Assembly (NCBI GenBank): GCA_964594835.1
Contig: CAZQNA010000008.1
Location: 64,432-101,848 of the forward strand
Direction of reading: 5' to 3'
Length of the DNA: 37,417 bases
From: an uncultured Nitrososphaerota archaeon
Lineage (GTDB): Archaea; Korarchaeota; Korarchaeia; Korarchaeales; Korarchaeaceae
Program-made: the position numbers and the translations under genes
In this document: positions 17,002-25,352 of the stretch, one piece after another
Position numbering within the stretch: the first letter of the stretch is position 1
How the letters are laid out: each line of letters opens with the position of its first letter
Notes under the pieces: model-generated
What the model was told of the DNA's origin: nothing
Seen by the model: the letters and a program-made list of their open reading frames with translations, nothing else
Databases searched by the model: none

Positions 17002-17727
17002 GTGGTGATAGCGTTGTCTGGGGAGGAAAGGGCCGAGATAGAGAGGGTCGACACCGGGGTCCCGGGTTTCGACGAGATAGTCGGGGGCGGCCTGCCGAGG
17101 CCCGGCGCGATACTGGTGGCAGGGAACCCGGGTACCGGGAAGACTACCCTGGCCGGTCAGATCGCCTACCACAGGGCCACTCGGTACGGGGAGAGGTTCT
17201 ACTACATGACCCTCTCTGAGCCTGCCGACCAGATCAAGCTCCACTTCAGGCTGCTCGGCATGGACCTAGAGGAACTCGAGAGGAGGGAGCAGGCCAAGTT
17301 CCAGGAGCTGATGCCCTTCACGGCCTCCACCGAGTACGTCCGCTCTGCCCTGGAGAACATGATAGCGGCCGTGGAGAACGCCAAGCCCGACCTCTTGGTG
17401 GTCGACAGCGTCTCGGCCATGCTCCAGTTCCTCCCGCCCGAGCAGGTCAGGCCGCTCCTGAGCATGATAGTCAGGATCACCCACGAGGTTGGGATGCTCA
17501 CCCTGCTCATAGCGGAGCTGCCCATGCTCGGCCCAGTCAGACTATCGGGCGTGGAGGAGTTCATAGCCGACGGCCTGATCATCCTCAGGCACGAGGAGAC
17601 GCGGGAGGGGCTGACGACCCGGATAAACGTGGTTAAGCTGAGGCTCTCCAGGCACAGCAGGGAGCACTACGGGGCGGCCATCACGGACACCGGCTTCATA
17701 GTCCTTGGCCCGATGAGGCTCGAGTGA
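17002..17727 (+). CDS. KaiC-like (RAD55/COG0467) single-domain ATPase
   Basis: RVDTGVPGFDEIVGGGLP, Walker A GNPGTGKT, Walker B LLVVDS, EFIADGLI, VKLR. Start may be GTG 17002/17005 or TTG 17014. Confidence 0.9.
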   Translation: MVIALSGEERAEIERVDTGVPGFDEIVGGGLPRPGAILVAGNPGTGKTTLAGQIAYHRATRYGERFYYMTLSEPADQIKLHFRLLGMDLEELERREQAKFQELMPFTASTEYVRSALENMIAAVENAKPDLLVVDSVSAMLQFLPPEQVRPLLSMIVRITHEVGMLTLLIAELPMLGPVRLSGVEEFIADGLIILRHEETREGLTTRINVVKLRLSRHSREHYGAAITDTGFIVLGPMRLE

Positions 17728-17742
17728 TGGGGGGCTCGCCGG

Positions 17743-18516
17743 ATGCCGGACGTTCCTTTTCCCGCCCTGGCCCGACCCCGCGAGGGGGAGGTCGTCGTCC
17801 TCGGCCTGGCGCTCGAGCCCGGCAGGCCCCCGCTCTCCGAGATCCTCGGGCTGATCGAGGCCGAGGGCGGGAGAGTCCTGGGCGGGATTCAGGGGGGAGT
17901 CGGGGGGGAGTACGCCGCGGTCTTCGTGGTGGAGCTTCCGAGGGGCTCGGGGAGAGAGGAGCTCAGGTCTAAAATCTCCGGAATCCCGGGAGTGAGGGAG
18001 GTCCGCATCCACGGGTCGAGGGTGGGGGACCTCTGGGTCAACGACGCAATGTGCGGGCTCGTCCTCATGGGGGCGAGGGCCGGTGTGATCCCGATCGACT
18101 CGACCAGGGCCCTGTTCGAGGCCGTGAGGAGGTACTGGGGACCAGCTGGGGAGGCCTTCCTCTACCACATGGGGGTGGCCGCGGGGAAGGACTCCTACGG
18201 CAAGCTGGCAGCCATGGCCAGCCTGGACGGCAGGGACATGCTGGAACTTTTCCTCGGCATGCTGAGGACCTCCGGCTGGATATCCTGGTACGAGATCGTC
18301 GAGTTCGACGAGGGGGAGAGGGTGGTGATACGGCTCAGGGGGTCGTTCGAGTGCGCTGGGCAGAGGAGCGCGACCAAGAGGAGCAACATACTCAGGGGGG
18401 TCCTCACCGGCTTCGTGTCGGCCATCTGGGGGACCCCGACCGTCGGGGAGGAGGTGAAGTGCGAGGCCGTGGGCGACCCCTACGACGAGATCTCGATCAG
18501 GGCCATGAAGATCTAA
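17743..18516 (+). CDS. ACT-like + V4R domain ligand-binding protein
   Basis: N-terminal ACT-like fold (..ISGIPGVREVRI), then V4R features: FLYHMG..AG, GW, SFEC, RGVLTGF, EEVKCEAVGDPY. Confidence 0.8.
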   Translation: MPDVPFPALARPREGEVVVLGLALEPGRPPLSEILGLIEAEGGRVLGGIQGGVGGEYAAVFVVELPRGSGREELRSKISGIPGVREVRIHGSRVGDLWVNDAMCGLVLMGARAGVIPIDSTRALFEAVRRYWGPAGEAFLYHMGVAAGKDSYGKLAAMASLDGRDMLELFLGMLRTSGWISWYEIVEFDEGERVVIRLRGSFECAGQRSATKRSNILRGVLTGFVSAIWGTPTVGEEVKCEAVGDPYDEISIRAMKI

Positions 18517-18541
18517 GGGCGGGGCGGGGGGAGTTCGGCCG

Positions 18542-18931
18542 GTGGGGGGTGCGGAGAGGTCCGAGCTTGAGGTCATACTATGGAGCCTCCTGGGGGACCG
18601 CGCGCCGGACCCAGGGGCGGTCTCGGAGAGGGCCTGGCGCCTGATGTCCAGGCTGGGGGAGGAGGGCCTAGAGCTCCTCGCCGACAGGGAGCTCCGCCCG
18701 GCCTGGGAGCGACTCATCGAGGCGGGTATCCTGTCTGGCGACGAGGACCTCTACCGCCTCGCCGACAGGTGGGAGATACTCAGGAGGCTCGCAAGGCGAG
18801 TCCTCTACCTTATGTCGCCCCGAGACGTTGAGGCGGGCGCGAGGGCCGTTCTGGCCGGAGACCTCGAGTCCACCTCCCTCGGCAGGGAGGTCCTGAGGAG
18901 GTCGGCCGCCCCTGGAGGGCGACGGCGCTGA
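18542..18931 (+). CDS. Hypothetical protein, possibly winged-helix-like
   Basis: Codon usage like neighbours; 'WERLIEAGILSGDEDLYRLA' resembles a wHTH wing. Confidence 0.55.
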   Translation: MGGAERSELEVILWSLLGDRAPDPGAVSERAWRLMSRLGEEGLELLADRELRPAWERLIEAGILSGDEDLYRLADRWEILRRLARRVLYLMSPRDVEAGARAVLAGDLESTSLGREVLRRSAAPGGRRR

Positions 18932-18942
18932 GGAGTGGGGGG

Positions 18943-19063
18943 TGGTCCCCCGGCCGGGATTTGAACCCGGGACCTGCCGGTTACTGCGCGAGCGGCCGCC
19001 GACGGAGGTCGGCGAGTTCGCCAGACCCTACAGCCGGCCGCTCTGCCACTGAGCTACCGGGGG
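18943..19063 (-). tRNA. tRNA-Tyr(GTA) with a 46-nt intron at 37/38 (18982-19027), CCA encoded
   Basis: 5' exon CCCCCGGTAGCTCAGTGGCAGAGCGGCCGGCTGTAG; 3' exon ACCGGCAGGTCCCGGGTTCAAATCCCGGCCGGGGGACCA; CTGT/GCAG central helix; TTTTATTT upstream. Confidence 0.95.
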
Positions 19064-19107
19064 ATTGATCCAACCCACCTCAACCCCGAAATAAAAGGTT
19101 TCTGAGG

Positions 19108-19389
19108 TCAGGAGATCAGGAGGTCAGGGACGCCCTCCGATACGCCGTACCTCCGGCCGCACCTCTCGCACACGAGCGAGCCGGCCACCACGTCCCTCTT
19201 CATGCACTCGGCGCAGGTTGAGGGATCCTCCGGGAGCGGTCCGCCGTTCAGGACGCAGTAGACCTCGCACAGGGGCCTCGATGGCGTGGGCCCGCTCCAC
19301 TCCACCTCCTCCTCCGAGTGGACCTCCAACTTCAGGGGGTGGTGCCCGCAGGCCGGGCAGGCTAGGACATCCAAGAGCCTCCTCCTCAA
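19108..19389 (-). CDS. trm112: Trm112 family methyltransferase activator
   Basis: LLDVLACPAC..PLKL ... GSLVCERCGRRYGVSEGVPDLL. Confidence 0.85.
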   Translation of the reverse strand: MRRRLLDVLACPACGHHPLKLEVHSEEEVEWSGPTPSRPLCEVYCVLNGGPLPEDPSTCAECMKRDVVAGSLVCERCGRRYGVSEGVPDLLIS

Positions 19390-19390
19390 C

Positions 19391-20101
19391 TCAACTCAAC
19401 CACCCGAGTTCCCTCAGGACCCTTAAAAGGTCTCTGAGGTCCTCGACGACTGCGTTGGCCTCCTTGGGCGGAGGTACCCCCTCCCTCGCGACCCAGACGG
19501 CCCTCATGCCGGCCGCCCTCGCCCCCTCGACGTCGGCGATAGGGTCGTCCCCCACCATGACTGCGTCGGCCGGCTGGACGCCCATCTCTCTGAGGATCGC
19601 CTTGAAGGCCGCCGGGTGGGGCTTTCGGTAGCCGACGTCCCCGGAGCACACGATGGCCTCGAGCGAGTCCGACAGGCCAGCCTCGCTGAGCCTCCTCCTC
19701 ACCATATCCCCGTGGGGGGAGTTGGCCAGCACCCCCAGCGTGAGGCCCGCCGAGCGGAGGGTCCTCACCACCTCCGCGGCCCCATCCCTCATGGCAGTCA
19801 GCCTCAGGAAGGGCTCAGCGTACGCCTCGAGCTGATCTGGGCCCACCTCGCACCTGACCCCGAGCCTCCCGAGGAAGGCCGAGATCTCCTCTGCCGCGCT
19901 CACCTCCCTGAGGGTCTCCCTTCTAACGCCCTCCACCTCCTCCTTGACCTCCATGTAGACCCTCAGGGCGTCTGAGGCGAGGTCTCCTGAATCGAGCCCG
20001 CAGCTGTCGAGCAGCCTCCGGACCCTCAGGCCGTAGTACTCCTCGTCCCCCGCGATTGGATCCAGGAGAGTATGCCAGACGTCGAATACGACTGCCAGCA
20101 T
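19391..20101 (-). CDS. HAD-superfamily hydrolase, subfamily IA
   Basis: AVVFDVWHTL, RKPHP, MVGDDPIADVEGA. Confidence 0.85.
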   Translation of the reverse strand: MLAVVFDVWHTLLDPIAGDEEYYGLRVRRLLDSCGLDSGDLASDALRVYMEVKEEVEGVRRETLREVSAAEEISAFLGRLGVRCEVGPDQLEAYAEPFLRLTAMRDGAAEVVRTLRSAGLTLGVLANSPHGDMVRRRLSEAGLSDSLEAIVCSGDVGYRKPHPAAFKAILREMGVQPADAVMVGDDPIADVEGARAAGMRAVWVAREGVPPPKEANAVVEDLRDLLRVLRELGWLS

Positions 20102-20168
20102 CCTTCGGTGAAGACGGGCGGAGTGAATCCCTAAAAATTGGTTCTCCGCCGACCGGCCGGAAAGGGAG

Positions 20169-20429
20169 ATGTCGTCGGATCACAGGTACGAGGTCGAGGT
20201 CATGAAGCTCGAGAGGGCGCTGAGGGTGAGGAGGGAGCTGAAGAAGAGGATAGAGGACATGCTGGGCAAGAGCACCGTCAGGAAGTTCGCCAAGGACGCG
20301 GTGGACTGCCCGGTCCTAGGGAAGAGGGTCTCGTTCATCTTCTGCTACGCCTGCCCCAACTTCGTCAGGAGGTACCGGGGAGTCGTCCACTGTCGGGGTG
20401 ACCCTCTGCCTCCGGACCTCCGGCCGTGA
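20169..20429 (+). CDS. Small basic Cys-rich protein
   Basis: Strong coding bias; CPV...CYAC...HC motif; ATG after GGGAG. Confidence 0.75.
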   Translation: MSSDHRYEVEVMKLERALRVRRELKKRIEDMLGKSTVRKFAKDAVDCPVLGKRVSFIFCYACPNFVRRYRGVVHCRGDPLPPDLRP

Positions 20430-21110
20430 CCTGGCCGCAGCCCAGAACACGACGGCCCCGGCCGCCGCCGAGGAGATGACCGCCACCGCGACGACCACGA
20501 ACTCCACCCCCCTCCTTGCCCGCTCGGTCTGGTCACCGAGGGCGCCGTACTCGGCCTCACCCCCCGGAGGACCCCTGGGCTGGGGGGCGGTCGTCGGAGG
20601 GGCCGTCTGGGGCGGGGGGGTCGCGGCGGCCCCCTTGACTCCAGCCATGGCCGCGGGGGGCGAGGTGGCCGTCGGCAGGAGCTGGTTCGCGAGGAGCCCG
20701 GACCCCAGCCCTACCGCCAGGGCGGCCAGGAGGCCGGCAAGAACGGGCCTCCTCAGGGAGATCACGGCGCTGGCCCTCTCCAGGACCCACCCCCTTATGG
20801 CCCTTATCGCCGCGCCCTCGCTGCTGGAGGGTATTATCACGAGCGCGGGGGACCTGAGCGCGTAGATCCGCTTTCTACCCTTCCTGCCGGGGGAAGTCTC
20901 CACCAGACGGGCTATTCCAGCCGAGACCAGCCTGTCCACGTGGTGCTTCACGGTTGTGAGAGGGAGCCCGAGCTCCCTGGCTATGTCGCTTGGGCTCTTG
21001 GGACCGCTGGCCAGGGAGGCGAGGACCCTCCTCCCCGTCTCGTTGGCCAGGACGGAGCCCAGGATCTCCACAGCGGGGTCATTGAGGTCCAGTACAGCGG
21101 GCCTATCCAT
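20316..21110 (-). CDS. ArsR-type HTH regulator with two C-terminal transmembrane segments
   Basis: LANETGRRVLASLASGPKSPSDIARELGLPLTTVKHHVDRLVSAGI; two hydrophobic helices separated by a Pro/Thr/Ala linker. Confidence 0.8.
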   Translation of the reverse strand: MDRPAVLDLNDPAVEILGSVLANETGRRVLASLASGPKSPSDIARELGLPLTTVKHHVDRLVSAGIARLVETSPGRKGRKRIYALRSPALVIIPSSSEGAAIRAIRGWVLERASAVISLRRPVLAGLLAALAVGLGSGLLANQLLPTATSPPAAMAGVKGAAATPPPQTAPPTTAPQPRGPPGGEAEYGALGDQTERARRGVEFVVVAVAVISSAAAGAVVFWAAARSRPEVRRQRVTPTVDDSPVPPDEVGAGVAEDERDPLP

Positions 21111-21149
21111 CCGGTCATGGGGGCTGGCGAGCCATATTACCTTGCCGGA

Positions 21150-21818
21150 TCAGGTGCGAGGGTCGTCGCACCAGTCCAGGACCGCGCGGGTCACGTCGAC
21201 TAGGCTGCCGGATCGAACCACCACGTCGGCCTCACGCTCCAGCGCCTCTGAGGTCGGGTTGAAGGCCACCCTGAGCCCCACGGGCAGCCTGAACATGCCC
21301 AGGTCGTTCTCCGCGTCTCCAACCACGGCGACCTTGGAGGGCGGCAGGCCGAGCCGCCTGACCGCCCGAAGGAGGATGTCCCCCTTCGAGTGGAATGGGA
21401 CGTTGACCCTCCAGCCCACGAGCCTTCCACCCTCGAGGACAAGCTCGTTGGTGAAAGCGAAGTCGAATCGAAAGCCCAGGACCTCCTCTATCCTCCTGAG
21501 CACGAGGTCTAAGCCAGAACTCACAACCCCGACGACGAGGCCAGCGGACCTGAGGAGGCCGAGCGCCTCACCCGCCCCCTCGACGGGTTTTACCCCCTCT
21601 ATGGCCCTCAGGGCCGGGGAGAAGTCTCGCCCGATCCAGAGCGACACGTCGAGGTTGGCCCACTCGTCGTACGATATCTCCCCGCGCATGTACCTCTCCA
21701 TGTTCGCCCTCGCGGCCTCCTCCGTCCCCATGGCCCGGTGGATGAGCGTCCAGGAGCTGTCCACCCTCACGAGCGTCCCGTCCATGTCAAAGGCGACTAG
21801 GCCCTCGCACCCTCCCAA
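21150..21818 (-). CDS. HAD IB phosphatase (phosphoserine phosphatase-like)
   Basis: AFDMDGTL..SSW, VVSSG, FTNEL, K, VGDAEND, AFNP; start moved to TTG 21818. Confidence 0.85.
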   Translation of the reverse strand: MGGCEGLVAFDMDGTLVRVDSSWTLIHRAMGTEEAARANMERYMRGEISYDEWANLDVSLWIGRDFSPALRAIEGVKPVEGAGEALGLLRSAGLVVGVVSSGLDLVLRRIEEVLGFRFDFAFTNELVLEGGRLVGWRVNVPFHSKGDILLRAVRRLGLPPSKVAVVGDAENDLGMFRLPVGLRVAFNPTSEALEREADVVVRSGSLVDVTRAVLDWCDDPRT

Positions 21819-22120
21819 CCCACGACCCTCCTCACGAAGTCCAGGGGCACGACGAGGGACGGCTCTCCGTCGTCGACCAGCCGGAGGGGCGGCTCCGCGC
21901 AATCTTCGAGGGCGTCAAGGAGCCTCCTGTATCTACCCGACGGTGAGAAGTAGCGAAACAGGGCCCTCAGCGCGATTTTCACCTCGGTCTGCCCCGAGGG
22001 GGCCGATATCTCCAGTATCCGCCTCCCGTGAACCCTCAGGTAGGCGAGGAGGGCGGCCTCGACGAGCGCGCACGGGTCGACGCCCCCGGCCTTTTCCCCC
22101 CCGCCCCCCGGGTCGTCCAA
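21797..22120 (-). CDS. Hypothetical protein
   Basis: Fills the gap in a co-oriented run; TTG 22120 preceded by AGGAGG. Confidence 0.5.
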   Translation of the reverse strand: MDDPGGGGEKAGGVDPCALVEAALLAYLRVHGRRILEISAPSGQTEVKIALRALFRYFSPSGRYRRLLDALEDCAEPPLRLVDDGEPSLVVPLDFVRRVVGWEGARA

Positions 22121-22136
22121 CCTCCTACCCCGCCCC

Positions 22137-22364
22137 TCAGTCGCCCTCCTCCCCAACCCTCTGGGCCGCGACGATCTCCTCCGCGAGCTGAGATATGTCC
22201 TGAATGGCCAGCACCCCCTCCAGGAGGGCGCAGGTCCCCTCCATTCCGTCAGCCCTCTGGTAGAACACGCACCTCTCCCCGAGGCACCTGACGGGAGATC
22301 CGCTGCCGAGGCTGAAGAATGGACAGTACTTCTCCTCGATCATCCCGATCAGAGCCTCCCCCAT
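22137..22364 (-). CDS. Small Cys-rich hypothetical protein
   Basis: CPFF..C.GERC..C motif; TTTAAA about 11-16 nt upstream (true start may be ATG 22343). Confidence 0.65.
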   Translation of the reverse strand: MGEALIGMIEEKYCPFFSLGSGSPVRCLGERCVFYQRADGMEGTCALLEGVLAIQDISQLAEEIVAAQRVGEEGD

Positions 22365-22427
22365 CCCTCTGATCTTTAAATGTGCGTTGGCCGGCCCCAG
22401 TCTCGAAAAGTTTGGGGAGGGTATGAG

Positions 22428-23639
22428 TTGCTCCCCAGTTTGTTGTTGGAAAAGGGACTGCTCGAATCGCTCACCGGCGCCCAGGCCGGCGATCTGGGGG
22501 ACAGCTGGCTGAACTGGATCCTATTCATGATAATGATAGCCGTCCTCAACATCTACGGCAGCAAGCTGCAGGTCCAGATGTGGATGAACCAGATCGCCAG
22601 GGCGCTCGGCCAGCTGCAGCAGCTCACGAGGGAGGCGTCCAACGCCTTCCTCCAGGAGGCCTCCAAGTTCGGCGGAGACGGCGAGGGCGTGAAGAAGATC
22701 CTCCAGGAGGCAAAGGGGTTCTTCACGATATCCCCGGTCACGCTCGACCCGACCGGCGCCATAAGGAGGCTCGAGAACATACTGGACGACGCAGAGGACT
22801 CGCTGGACAGGTTCGTCGAGAGAGCCGCGCCCAAGGCCGACAGGGTGAAGCGCGCCAACCTGAGGGACCAGCTTGAGGGCGTCATAGTCTTGGACCTCAT
22901 CTTCAGGATAGTGAGGCACTTCTACCTCTTGGGGAGGAAGACCCAGAACTGGATCTACATAGCTCAGGTCCAGATGCAGCTCCCGGAGATCATGAGGATA
23001 GCCAGGGCCTACTGGAGGTCGTCCACGGCCTTCCAGAAGGGCGTGCCGGTCGGGGACAGCATAGGACCCCTGATAGCACTGAGGCTGATCGGGGACTCTC
23101 CGGTGGAGGAGGTGGCCAAGAACGTCGTGGCGGCCGAGGTCGAGATCGAGGACAGGAGGGTCATCGTCGTCAAGGCGAAGGGTCCGGGAGGCGAGGTCGG
23201 GAAGCCGGGAGAGGCCATCAGGAGGATAGTGGAGTCCAGGGGAGGGAAGGTGGCCAAGATCATCATGATAGACGCCGCCACGAAGCTCGAGGGAGAGCCT
23301 ACGGGCGAGGTGGCGGAGGGCTCTGGCGCGGCCATAGGGGACCCGGGGCCCGAGAAGTGGAAGATAGAGGAGGTCGCGTCGCAGTACTCCATCCCGCTGC
23401 ACTCCATAGTGATAAAGCTGGACCTGCTGGAGGCGATAACCCCGATGGCCCAGGACATAGCGGAGTCGGTGGACAGGGTTATCGAGAGGGTCAGGAGGTC
23501 TATAAGGGAGGGGACCAAGCCCGGTGACCTCGTGATAGTCGCCGGGATCGGCAACACCGTCGGCGTCGGAAACACGCTCAGGGAGTCCCACCGCGGGCCA
23601 GAGGCCGGCGGGACCGAAGAGGTGGTGAGCGTTGCCTGA
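22428..23639 (+). CDS. DUF1512 family membrane protein
   Basis: PVTLDPTG, VRHFYLLG, GVPVGDSIGP, KAKGPGGEVG, IDAATKLEGE, AGIGNTVGVG; start uncertain. Confidence 0.85.
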   Translation: MLPSLLLEKGLLESLTGAQAGDLGDSWLNWILFMIMIAVLNIYGSKLQVQMWMNQIARALGQLQQLTREASNAFLQEASKFGGDGEGVKKILQEAKGFFTISPVTLDPTGAIRRLENILDDAEDSLDRFVERAAPKADRVKRANLRDQLEGVIVLDLIFRIVRHFYLLGRKTQNWIYIAQVQMQLPEIMRIARAYWRSSTAFQKGVPVGDSIGPLIALRLIGDSPVEEVAKNVVAAEVEIEDRRVIVVKAKGPGGEVGKPGEAIRRIVESRGGKVAKIIMIDAATKLEGEPTGEVAEGSGAAIGDPGPEKWKIEEVASQYSIPLHSIVIKLDLLEAITPMAQDIAESVDRVIERVRRSIREGTKPGDLVIVAGIGNTVGVGNTLRESHRGPEAGGTEEVVSVA

Positions 23640-24072
23640 AGCCGGGGGCGGCGAGGAGGAGAGGGAGGGCCCGACACTGGCCGCGACGGCCCTCATGATA
23701 CTCATGTCCCTGGGCCTGGCGGCCTTCTCCCTGATCATCATCTACTACGGAGTCAGGACGGGCTCCAGGGCTGAGACCCCGGGGATGGACGCCTGGTTCC
23801 AGGTGCTCTTCGGGGTGACGGGACTCATGCTCTCGCTGAAGATGGTCTACGACGTTCTGAGGATGAAGATCTCCCCCGAGGAGGAGGAGCCCACCATGAT
23901 CTCCAGGCTGCAGTGCGTCGAGTGCGGGCACTGGACGGAGAGGGAGTTCAAGCAGGGTGAGTACGTCGGCCTCCTGACGGGGGAGAGGTGTCCCAAGTGC
24001 GGGGGAGAGATGTTCGTGGCAGCGATATACGCGAAGAGGCCGAGGAAGCAGGCGAAGAGGCCACTCCTCTGA
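23632..24072 (+). CDS. Two-TM membrane protein with C-terminal Zn ribbon
   Basis: Two hydrophobic helices, then CVECG...REFKQGEYV...CPKCGG; overlaps the DUF1512 stop. Confidence 0.75.
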   Translation: MPEAGGGEEEREGPTLAATALMILMSLGLAAFSLIIIYYGVRTGSRAETPGMDAWFQVLFGVTGLMLSLKMVYDVLRMKISPEEEEPTMISRLQCVECGHWTEREFKQGEYVGLLTGERCPKCGGEMFVAAIYAKRPRKQAKRPLL

Positions 24073-24091
24073 GGGAGTCGAGGCGGGGGTA

Positions 24092-24544
24092 TTGAGGAAG
24101 AGGAAGATCCACGTGGTCCCCTGCGTCGTGGTCTTCAACGGGCAGGGGGAGGTCCTGCTGCTGAAGAGGTCCAGGAAGAAGAGGTACGGGGGCAAGTGGG
24201 AGATACCTGGAGGCAGCCTCAAGTTCGGGGAGACCCCGCGGGAGGCGGCGTCGAGGGAGCTGGAGGAGGAGACGGGCTTCAGGATACGCCCGGTGGACCT
24301 GATCCCAGTGGACACATTCTCGTTCGTCTACGGGTACGGGTCGGTCCAGTTCATCATCCCGCTCTACGCCGCCTTCCACGGAGGTGAGCCGGTGCTCAGG
24401 CCCGAGGAGCACGACGACTGGGGCTGGTTCACCGTGGAGAACATAAGGCAGATGGAGACGAGGGGGGAGACCCTCCGGGGGGTCTACCTGATGACCTCCG
24501 TGGCAAGGAGGGTGGCCCAGGGTAGGGCCGGTGAGCGGGGTTGA
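24092..24544 (+). CDS. Nudix hydrolase
   Basis: Nudix box GGSLKFGETPREAASRELEEETG; WEIPGG; EHDDWGW. Confidence 0.9.
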   Translation: MRKRKIHVVPCVVVFNGQGEVLLLKRSRKKRYGGKWEIPGGSLKFGETPREAASRELEEETGFRIRPVDLIPVDTFSFVYGYGSVQFIIPLYAAFHGGEPVLRPEEHDDWGWFTVENIRQMETRGETLRGVYLMTSVARRVAQGRAGERG

Positions 24545-25335
24545 GCGAGGAGCTGGCTACTCTACTGGCTGGCCTGATACAGGGGCTGCTCGAGTGGCTC
24601 CCCGTGAGCAGCGAGGGCCAGGTCTCGATCTTCCTGTCCCTTGTGTGCGGCCGGGCCCCGGCGTCCGCGGTCTCCACTGCCCTCTGGCTGCACCTCGGCA
24701 CGGCCCTGTCCGCGGTCGCCTACCTGCGCGGCGACGTCTCCTCGGCCCTCGAGGCGGCGTTCCGGAGGGAGAAGGGGGATTGGTGGACCCTCAGGTACCT
24801 CATCGTCGGGACCCTCGCCACGGCCCTCACCGGGGTGCCCGCGTACTACCTGACCGTGGGCCTTCCGTCCACGACCGCGCTGGTCCTCCTTGTCCCCGCG
24901 CTACTGACCCTGCTGGGCCTCTTCCTCCTCGCGGCGGAGAGGAGGTCTCGGGGCCCTGGGTCGAGGCGGTCGGGGGACCCGGTCAGGCTTGGGGGCCTGG
25001 TCGGGCTGCTCCAGGGGGTTGCGGCCATTCCCGGAGTGAGCAGGTCCGGGATAACGGTTCTGGCGCTTATTCTGCTCGGGCTCGACGTGGGCGAGGCTCT
25101 CCGCCTCTCCTTCCTGCTGGCGATACCCGCCTCGGTGGGGGCCGCCGCTCTGACAGCCGCCTCCGGGTCCACGGGGTTCGGGACGGCCCAGCTCCTCTCC
25201 GCCGCGGCGGCTGCGGCCTCAGGCTACGCCTCGATGCACGCGCTGATGGGGCTGTCGAGGAGGGTGAGCCCCGGGGCCTTCGCGCTGGCATTTGGGCTGA
25301 TGGGCCTGGCCCTGGGCCTGGCCATCGTCCTCTGA
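24541..25335 (+). CDS. uppP: Undecaprenyl/polyprenyl-diphosphate phosphatase (BacA/UppP family)
   Basis: QGLLEWLPVSSEG, LHLGT, QGVAAIPGVSRSG, SFLLAIPA; multi-TM. Confidence 0.88.
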   Translation: MSEELATLLAGLIQGLLEWLPVSSEGQVSIFLSLVCGRAPASAVSTALWLHLGTALSAVAYLRGDVSSALEAAFRREKGDWWTLRYLIVGTLATALTGVPAYYLTVGLPSTTALVLLVPALLTLLGLFLLAAERRSRGPGSRRSGDPVRLGGLVGLLQGVAAIPGVSRSGITVLALILLGLDVGEALRLSFLLAIPASVGAAALTAASGSTGFGTAQLLSAAAAAASGYASMHALMGLSRRVSPGAFALAFGLMGLALGLAIVL

Positions 25336-25352
25336 GTCCCTCTCCCGGGGGG

